From: Kiritimatiellia bacterium
Lineage (GTDB): Bacteria; Verrucomicrobiota; Kiritimatiellia; RFP12; UBA1067
Reading direction: 5' to 3'
NCBI GenBank assembly: GCA_050949565.1
Contig: JBMNFY010000017.1
Span: 544,001 to 608,000, forward strand
DNA length: 64,000 nucleotides
Shown here: positions 18,767 to 25,542 of the stretch, piece by piece
Layout of the letters: the number at the start of each line of letters is the position of its first letter
Numbering within the stretch: the first letter of the stretch is position 1
Position numbers and translations under genes: made by a program
Notes under the pieces: model-generated
Seen by the model: only the letters and a program-made list of their open reading frames with translations
The model's database searches: none
Told to the model about the DNA's origin: nothing

Positions 18767-20899
18767 ATGAGAGGGATGATGATAATCGCGGCCATAACGA
18801 TCATGCTGTGCGGGTTGGCACCGCTTCATGCACAGCCGCGCGATACGCCCTTGCCGGGACGCGGTGCCGCACTCTTCGTGCAAGGGATTTTTGAGCAGGA
18901 TACGTTTACCGAAGGTGCGCGACTCTTCCCGGACCGCACTTACACAGTGGCTGAAGCGCCCGCTTGGTTGCGCGGGTCGACCTTCCTGCGCGCAAGCATT
19001 GATGGCAACCTTACCGTGACGGTCAAGCAAGCCGGTGTGTTGACGGTGATTACGGCCGATCCCGCCGATCCGCTCGCCACGCATTCGCAATGCACGCGTC
19101 TGGAGGAACTGGGGTTTGTCTGGGTCAAGGCACCGGCGACCTTTCAGCTTTTCGGCAAAGCGGCTCACGACATCAGCCGCACTTATCAGAAACTGGTCGC
19201 GCAGGACGAAACGTTCAACTTTCCCAAGTGGACGGTGTTCGCCGGTTTCTCCGAGGTGACCGGGCCGCCGCTGCCGTTCGACCTTCTGCCAGAGCGCGGC
19301 GAGCGACTTTACAACGGCATCGAACTTTCAACCAACTGGCCGCCGCGCACCGTGAACACGACGAACTGGGCGCCGATGGCCGTGCCGTATCTGACCGCGC
19401 CGCCGGAGTTGATCCATATTGATGTGGGGCGGCAACTCTTTGTGGACGACTTCCTGATTGCGACCAGCACGTTGCAGCGCGTCTTCGGTATGCCTGAGAA
19501 GTACACCGGCAACCCGGTGCTGCGTCCAGAGACCGAACTGGAGTTGAACGGCATCCGGAACGCCGCAGCCGTGCCGAAGGGTGGCGGGCTCTGGTGGGAT
19601 CCCTACGAACGGCTGTTCAAGCTCTGGTATGAGGCGGGCTGGATCCACACCATTTGTTACGCCACCAGCACAAACGGTCTGCACTGGGAGCGGCCGAAGT
19701 TGGACGTGGTGCCGGACACCAATCAGGTGCTGCCGCCGGACTTGACACCAGACTCCTGGACCGTGGTGCCCGATTGGGAGGCGACCGATCCGCTGCAGCG
19801 CTATAAAATGTTTATGCGCGGGCCCGGCGGGACAATGCCCGGGGTGAGTATGACTTCGGCGGATGGCATTCACTGGGTGAATCGTGTAGTTACTGGCCAC
19901 ACCGGCGATCGTAGCACCATGTTCTATAATCCATTCCGGCGCAAATGGATCTACAGCCTGCGGAGCGGCTGGCGCGGACGGTCACGCGATTATAGGGAGA
20001 GCGACAACTTCCTGCGCGGTGCTTCTTGGAGCGCGGCGGATACCGTGCGTTGGTTGGCCGTGGATGAGAAGGACCCCAAGGATCCGAAAATCCAGCGGGT
20101 GCCGCAACTCTACAACTTTGACGCGGTAGCCTACGAGAGCATCATGCTGGGTGCATTTGAGATTCACCACGGACCGGAGAACGACGTCTGCATGAAAGTC
20201 GGTTTGCCGAAAATCACGGAGTTGAATTTCGCCTACAGCCGCGACGGGTTCCACTGGTCGCGGCCTGACCGCAGAGCGCACATCCGCGCGGAACGTTGGG
20301 GCAGCGGCAAATGGGATACCGGCTATGTGCAGTCGCTCGGCAATCTTTGCACGATTCAGGGCGACAAGCTCTGGTTCTATTACTCCGGATTTCAAGGCGA
20401 CACCAATCGCCTCAGCGGCGACTGGTTGCAGAACGGCATGTACGACAACGGTGCCATGGGCATCGCCTTCTTGCGGCGCGATGGCTTCGCGGCTATGCGG
20501 GCGGGAGACGGTGGTGGAGAACTCGTCACGCGGCCATTGCTCTTCAGCGGTGCGTGTGTGTTTGTGAATGTGGCGTGTCCACAAGGCGAGTTGCGCGTGG
20601 AGGTGCAGGATGTCGAAAGCGAGACGGCCATTCCGGGTTTTGCGCTGGCCGAGTGCCGCCCCGTCTCCGTCGACAGCACCCTGCACCGCATCACCTGGCA
20701 AGACGCCGACACCGTCAGGGCTTTGCGTGGCCGACCGGTCCGTTTCCGTTTCGCATTGTCCAACGGCGCGCTGTACGCTTTCTGGGTCAGTCGTGATGAA
20801 AGCGGTCGCAGCGACGGCTATGTAGCGGGCGGCGGACCGGGATACACCGGGCCGACTGACACGGTGGGGGCTGCCGCGTTGTTGCAAGATGAACCATGA
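18767..20899 (+). CDS. Secreted five-bladed beta-propeller glycoside hydrolase-like protein (GH32/GH43-clan-like) with the same N-terminal module as 16711
   Basis: GRQLFVDDFLI, CYATSTNGLHWERP, SADGIHW, AYSRDGFHW, LRRDGF; its stop codon lies inside the next IR. Confidence 0.75.
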   Translation: MRGMMIIAAITIMLCGLAPLHAQPRDTPLPGRGAALFVQGIFEQDTFTEGARLFPDRTYTVAEAPAWLRGSTFLRASIDGNLTVTVKQAGVLTVITADPADPLATHSQCTRLEELGFVWVKAPATFQLFGKAAHDISRTYQKLVAQDETFNFPKWTVFAGFSEVTGPPLPFDLLPERGERLYNGIELSTNWPPRTVNTTNWAPMAVPYLTAPPELIHIDVGRQLFVDDFLIATSTLQRVFGMPEKYTGNPVLRPETELELNGIRNAAAVPKGGGLWWDPYERLFKLWYEAGWIHTICYATSTNGLHWERPKLDVVPDTNQVLPPDLTPDSWTVVPDWEATDPLQRYKMFMRGPGGTMPGVSMTSADGIHWVNRVVTGHTGDRSTMFYNPFRRKWIYSLRSGWRGRSRDYRESDNFLRGASWSAADTVRWLAVDEKDPKDPKIQRVPQLYNFDAVAYESIMLGAFEIHHGPENDVCMKVGLPKITELNFAYSRDGFHWSRPDRRAHIRAERWGSGKWDTGYVQSLGNLCTIQGDKLWFYYSGFQGDTNRLSGDWLQNGMYDNGAMGIAFLRRDGFAAMRAGDGGGELVTRPLLFSGACVFVNVACPQGELRVEVQDVESETAIPGFALAECRPVSVDSTLHRITWQDADTVRALRGRPVRFRFALSNGALYAFWVSRDESGRSDGYVAGGGPGYTGPTDTVGAAALLQDEP

Positions 20900-21112
20900 A
20901 ACACATGAAACTTCATGAAAAGGCGGGGTGTGGTTAGGGAACCATGAAACACATGAAACTTCATGAAAAGGCGGGGTGTGGTTAGGGAACCATGAAACAC
21001 ATGAAACTTCATGAAAAGGCGGGGTGTGGTTAGGGAACCATGAAACACATGAAACTTCATGAAAAGGCGGGGTGTGGTTAGGGAACCATGAAACACATGA
21101 AACTTCATGAAA
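20892..21112 (+). repeat. Tandem array: five left IRs separated by an identical 19-bp spacer (48-bp period)
   Basis: Units start at 20892, 20940, 20988, 21036 and 21084; spacer AGGCGGGGTGTGGTTAGGG. Confidence 0.95.
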
Positions 21113-21538
21113 GGTGAGGGGTATGAAAGAAAAGAGCGTGATGGTTTATGAAGAGGAGTGTTATCAAATACGCGGGGCCTTGTATGAGGTATATACGGTG
21201 CTCGGGACTGGTTTCTCGGAAGAGGTTTACCAAGAGGCACTGGAGAGAGAGTTTGCTGTGCGCCATATCCCGTTTGTATCACAGCAAGTCCTGCGGATTT
21301 CATACAAAGGAGAATGGCTCTCAAAGACCTACAAAGCAGATCTGGTCTGTTACGACAAAATCATTCTCGAATTGAAGGCTGTCAAAACCCTGCTTCCTGA
21401 GCACGAGGCGCAACTCCTCAATTACCTTAAAGCAACCGGAATGCGTCTAGGTTTTCTCGTCAACTTTTGTTGTTTTCCCAAGGCGGACATACGCACGTAT
21501 GTAAACTAATTTCATGAAGTTTCATGTGTTTCATGGTT
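21084..21538. mobile_element. CATGAA-IR element 5 carrying an intact GxxExxY gene
   Basis: Left IR 21084..21112; right IR 21510..21538 starts directly after the stop codon. Confidence 0.78.
21123..21509 (+). CDS. GxxExxY protein (PD-(D/E)XK nuclease-like)
   Basis: LGTGFSEEVYQEAL, ADLVCYDKIILELKAV, HEAQLLNYLKATGMRLGFLVNF; 128 aa. Confidence 0.93.
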   Translation: MKEKSVMVYEEECYQIRGALYEVYTVLGTGFSEEVYQEALEREFAVRHIPFVSQQVLRISYKGEWLSKTYKADLVCYDKIILELKAVKTLLPEHEAQLLNYLKATGMRLGFLVNFCCFPKADIRTYVN

Positions 21539-21545
21539 GAAAAGT

Positions 21546-22796
21546 ATGAAAAAAATTAAACAACTCCTTTCGGTTCTTGGTCCCGGCATCTTTGCGATCG
21601 GTTACACGATCGGCACCGGCAGCGTCACCTCGATGGCGAAGGCCGGCAGTCAGTACGGACTGCAACTGCTCTGGGTGCTCTTCCTGATCTGTCTGTTTTC
21701 AGGTGTGCTGATGGAGGCGTACGGACGCATGGCGGCGGTGACCGGTGGCACCTCGTTGCACGCCGTGAAGCGTCATCTGCCGTTCGGCCGCACGCTGGCC
21801 ATCCTGATTCTGATCGGCGTGGCGACGGCGCAGTACACCTGTCTGGGCGGAATCTTGACGCTATCGTCCGGCGCGATCTACGAGACGCTCGCCCTTTACG
21901 TTCCCTCCTTGCCAAAGGAGAACTACGCTGCGACACTGGGCATCGCCGTGGTGCTGATCGCGTTGATGTACAGCCTGCTCATGATCGGACGCTACAGCTT
22001 CTTTGAGAAAGTGCTGGCTTTCTTTGTGATGATCATGGGAATCACCTTCTTGATCTCAATGTTCGTGGTCTGGCCGTCGCCGGAAATCCTCAAACAGGCG
22101 CTGATCCCATCAATCCCCGATGAGCCGGGCGCACTGCTGATGATTGCGGCCTTTGTGGGTACCACGATGGCGGCGCCCACATTCGTCACCCGACCGTTAC
22201 TGCTGAAAGAGAAGGGGGTGGGCGTAGCTGACCTCAAGGAACAAACGCTCGATTCCGTAGTCTCCGCGTCGCTGATGTTTTTGATCAGCGGCTCGATCAT
22301 GGTTGTCGCGGCCGGCGCGCTCTACGCGCACGGCAAGGAGATCGTCAAGATCCTCGACATGGTTCACACGCTCGAGCCGCTAGCTGGCCGATTCGCGGTC
22401 GCGCTGTTCATGACGGGGACGCTGAGCGCCGGTCTCTCTTCGATCTTCCCGATCTTGATGGTCGCCCCGCTGCTGATCTCCGACTATCGCGTGGGGCACA
22501 TGGAGCCGCGCAGCAAGACCTTCCGGGTGCTCTGTCTGGTGGCGGCGTGTGCAGGCTTGATCGTGCCGGCGCTGGGTGGCCGCAATCCGGTGGCGGTTAC
22601 GATCATGGCACAGATCTCCAATGTTTTTGTGTTGCCGCTGACTGTCGCCGTGATCTTGGTGCTGGTGAACCGGCGCGATCTGATGGGAGAGCACCGCGCC
22701 GGTCCGTTGCTGAACATCGGCTTGGCGCTGGCCGGTCTTTTCGCGTGCATCATCGCCGTGACCGGCCTGCGCGCGCTACTTGATGCATGGTTTTGA
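21546..22796 (+). CDS. Nramp-like (APC superfamily) membrane transporter
   Basis: LGPGIFAIGYTIGTGSVT, GLQLLW, AAFVGTTMA; about 11 TM segments; lacks the canonical DPGN. Confidence 0.82.
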   Translation: MKKIKQLLSVLGPGIFAIGYTIGTGSVTSMAKAGSQYGLQLLWVLFLICLFSGVLMEAYGRMAAVTGGTSLHAVKRHLPFGRTLAILILIGVATAQYTCLGGILTLSSGAIYETLALYVPSLPKENYAATLGIAVVLIALMYSLLMIGRYSFFEKVLAFFVMIMGITFLISMFVVWPSPEILKQALIPSIPDEPGALLMIAAFVGTTMAAPTFVTRPLLLKEKGVGVADLKEQTLDSVVSASLMFLISGSIMVVAAGALYAHGKEIVKILDMVHTLEPLAGRFAVALFMTGTLSAGLSSIFPILMVAPLLISDYRVGHMEPRSKTFRVLCLVAACAGLIVPALGGRNPVAVTIMAQISNVFVLPLTVAVILVLVNRRDLMGEHRAGPLLNIGLALAGLFACIIAVTGLRALLDAWF

Positions 22797-22811
22797 CCGG
22801 AAAGGTGTCGT

Positions 22812-23462
22812 ATGAAAGAGGACATTGAGAAGTTGGTACGCGAGTCGCGCATCATTGCGATCATCCGTGGTTTTAAGCCAGACATCTGCCTGAAGCTTGC
22901 TGATGCCTATGCGAGGGGTGGTATCCGGATGGTTGAAGTCACGTTCAACCAAGCGTCCCCCGAGACGTGGGCGGATACTGTCGCAGCGATTCGGGTGATC
23001 CGCGAACATTTTTTCGGAGATATCCGGGTCGGCGCGGGCACGGTTCTCACTGAAGAGCAACTGACGATGATGGAGGATGCGGGCGGCGAGTATATGGTCA
23101 CGCCGAATGTCAATCCGTCTCTCATCCGCGAGTGCGTCCGTCGCGGGTGCGCCGCGATGCCCGGGGCGCTCACGCCGAGTGAGGCTGTCGACGCTTGGGA
23201 GGCGGGCGCGAGTTTCGTGAAAATCTTCCCGGCGGGTTCACTCGGTGCAGGCTACGTCGAGGCATTAAGCACGCCGTTGTCGCATATTCCGTTTCTCGCG
23301 GTTGGCGGGGTGGGGCCTGACAATGTCAGAGACTTTATGGCGGCTGGCTGCGCTGGCGCGGGTGTCGGCGGGAACCTCACGAACAAAGAGTGGATTGCCG
23401 CAGGCGAGTGGGACAAGATTGCCGCCGTTGCTAAAACTCTGATCGACAATTCCCGTATCTAA
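22812..23462 (+). CDS. eda: KDPG/KHG aldolase
   Basis: IIAIIRG, VEVTF, VGAGTVLT, PGALTPSE, VKIFPA, LAVGGV. Confidence 0.92.
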   Translation: MKEDIEKLVRESRIIAIIRGFKPDICLKLADAYARGGIRMVEVTFNQASPETWADTVAAIRVIREHFFGDIRVGAGTVLTEEQLTMMEDAGGEYMVTPNVNPSLIRECVRRGCAAMPGALTPSEAVDAWEAGASFVKIFPAGSLGAGYVEALSTPLSHIPFLAVGGVGPDNVRDFMAAGCAGAGVGGNLTNKEWIAAGEWDKIAAVAKTLIDNSRI

Positions 23463-23492
23463 ATCAATCCTTCAACAAAGGAGAACCAGACA

Positions 23493-24518
23493 ATGAAAAT
23501 CGTTACTTTTGGCGAAATCATGATGCGCCTTAATCCAGAGGGTTACCGTCGGTTCACGCAAGCGGACAAGTTTGAGGTGAGTTATGCGGGCGGCGAGGTG
23601 AACGTTGCCGTGTCGCTTGCGAACTACGGCATGGAGGTGTCCTTCGTGACGAAACTCCCTGAGAATCCGCTGGGCGAGGCGGCACGGAATGCCGTGCGCC
23701 ATTTCGGCGTTGAAACGAAGGATATCGTCTGGGGCGGCCCTCGGCTCGGCACCTATTTTGTGGAAAAGGGGGCTTCGCAGCGTGCGTCGAAGGTCGTTTA
23801 TGATCGCGCCGGATCATCGATTGCGCTCGCGAAACGCACGGACTTCGATTGGGCGAAAATCCTGCGGGGCGTAAAATGGTTTCACTTTACCGGCATCACG
23901 CCCGCGCTTGGTGGCGAGTTACCTGCGATCTGTCTGGATGCGCTTGAGTATTGCAAGGCGCACAAGATTACGGTTTCCTGCGACCTCAATTATCGCGGCA
24001 AGCTTTGGACCAGGGCTGAGGCTAAAGCATGCATGGCGAAGCTCGTTCCGTATGTCGATGTCCTCATTGCAAACGAGGCGGACGCGGCGGATGTTTTTGG
24101 GATCGTCGGCAAGGGCACCGATGTCGAGGGCGGAAAACTCGACAAGGCGGGGTATGTCTCTGTCGCCGAGCAGTTGGTGGAGCGTTTTGGCGTGAAGAAA
24201 GTGGCGATCACGCTCCGCACTTCGCTTTCCGCCTCTGACAACCTATGGGCGGGTGTGCTTTACGACGCAAAGACGAGAGAGCCCGTGTTTTCGACAGAAT
24301 ACAAACTCCACATCGTCGACCGCGTCGGCGGCGGGGACAGCTTTGGCGGGGGACTCATCTATGCGCTTGTTACGGGCAAGAACCCGCAGGCGGCGATTGA
24401 TTTCGCAGTTGCGGCAAGCGCCCTTAAACACTCAATCGAGCACGACTTCAATCTTGTTTCCGTCAAAGAAGTGGAGGCACTGGCCGCAGGCGGCGGAACA
24501 GGACGCATTCAGCGGTAA
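23493..24518 (+). CDS. kdgK: 2-dehydro-3-deoxygluconokinase (PfkB family)
   Basis: FGEIMMRL, GGEVNVAVSLA, DLNYRGKLW, IVDRVGGGDSF. Confidence 0.92.
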   Translation: MKIVTFGEIMMRLNPEGYRRFTQADKFEVSYAGGEVNVAVSLANYGMEVSFVTKLPENPLGEAARNAVRHFGVETKDIVWGGPRLGTYFVEKGASQRASKVVYDRAGSSIALAKRTDFDWAKILRGVKWFHFTGITPALGGELPAICLDALEYCKAHKITVSCDLNYRGKLWTRAEAKACMAKLVPYVDVLIANEADAADVFGIVGKGTDVEGGKLDKAGYVSVAEQLVERFGVKKVAITLRTSLSASDNLWAGVLYDAKTREPVFSTEYKLHIVDRVGGGDSFGGGLIYALVTGKNPQAAIDFAVAASALKHSIEHDFNLVSVKEVEALAAGGGTGRIQR

Positions 24519-24565
24519 GAGGGCGTGATACGCGGCACCTTTTTTAGACGTGAAGCTTCATGTAT

Positions 24566-24610
24566 GCCGTGACCAGCCTGCGCGCTCTGCTTGTCGCATG
24601 GTTGGGTTAG
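24566..24610 (+). pseudogene. 3'-terminal remnant of an Nramp-like paralog
   Basis: GCCGTGACCAGCCTGCGCGCTCTGCTTGTCGCATGGTT (AVTSLRALLVAW) resembles 22755..22796 (AVTGLRALLDAWF). Confidence 0.7.
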
Positions 24611-24619
24611 GTCTCTCCT

Positions 24620-24637
24620 AACCATGAAACACATGGT
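24620..24637. repeat. Collapsed CATGAA-IR site (candidate empty site or footprint)
   Basis: AACCATGAAACACATGGT is the outer part of one IR fused at CATG to the outer end of the other. Confidence 0.7.
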
Positions 24638-24645
24638 ATGAGCTA

Positions 24646-25404
24646 TCACGTGAAGCGGGCCGTGATCTGCGCGAGCGCGTCATGTACCGGATCGCTGGGT
24701 GCGCGGCCGCTCCGAGTCGCGGCGGCGGTCGCGGCATCAAACGCCGTCAGCGCGTCCGCCATACTCCAAGAAATGTGCGCGTGCATCCAGCGAGCCGCAG
24801 CGCTCGGGTCGCCGCGCCGTATCGCACGCTCGACCTCGGCATGCTGACGCCACGCCCAGGCAACGTGGCGCAAGTCGCGCTTGTGGCTGTACTGGCCGAA
24901 GAAGAGATTACGCTGGTAGACGTTGGTTACGATCTTGATGGCCAAGTGGTTGCCGGCCGCTTTGAGCAACAGCAAATGGAACGAGAGGTCTGCCGTGAGA
25001 AATGTAACCAGCGGTCGGCCCTCCAGCAGCGGACGACGCCGCGTACGCAGACTGACAGCCATCGCATGCATCGTCTCGCACGCCTTGCGCAATTCATCGC
25101 GGTTGGCTTTGGTGAGGTTCCGCACCGCACGTTCCATGGCGAAGGTCTCAAGTGCCATCCGCACTTCAAAGGCATCGATGAGCTGACGCCGGTCCGGCCG
25201 CGCGACATACGTGCCGCTGGACGGGATCTGATAGAGCAGCCCCTCCTCCGTCAGCCGACGCACCGCCTCGCGCACCGGCGTACGGCTAATCCCGCACTCG
25301 GCAGCAATCGTCTGCTCGGAGAGCTTTTGCCCTGCCACCAGTTCGCCACTCACCAATTTCTTGCTGATGTGCCGATAGGCGACATCACTCAACGTTTCAC
25401 CCAC
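24646..25404 (-). CDS. GntR family regulator (FCD/FadR-type)
   Basis: LSEQTIAAECGISRTPVREAVRRL HTH; ADLSFH...AGN...QHAEV C-terminal domain. Confidence 0.93.
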   Translation of the reverse strand: MGETLSDVAYRHISKKLVSGELVAGQKLSEQTIAAECGISRTPVREAVRRLTEEGLLYQIPSSGTYVARPDRRQLIDAFEVRMALETFAMERAVRNLTKANRDELRKACETMHAMAVSLRTRRRPLLEGRPLVTFLTADLSFHLLLLKAAGNHLAIKIVTNVYQRNLFFGQYSHKRDLRHVAWAWRQHAEVERAIRRGDPSAAARWMHAHISWSMADALTAFDAATAAATRSGRAPSDPVHDALAQITARFT

Positions 25405-25542
25405 AGTTGCTCCAGCTCCCTCACGATCTTCGCACGTCCTTGCCGCTAATTACATACCGGATGCGTCAAAACGAATACCGGTTTTGCAATACGGTATCAA
25501 GTTAGGGCGGACTTGTCAGCAACCGATCACAGACACAACCGA

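Noticed and set aside
20892-21112. CRISPR array
   Set aside because: Spacers are identical (19 bp), the repeat is the element's IR, and there are no cas genes; it is a tandem repeat.
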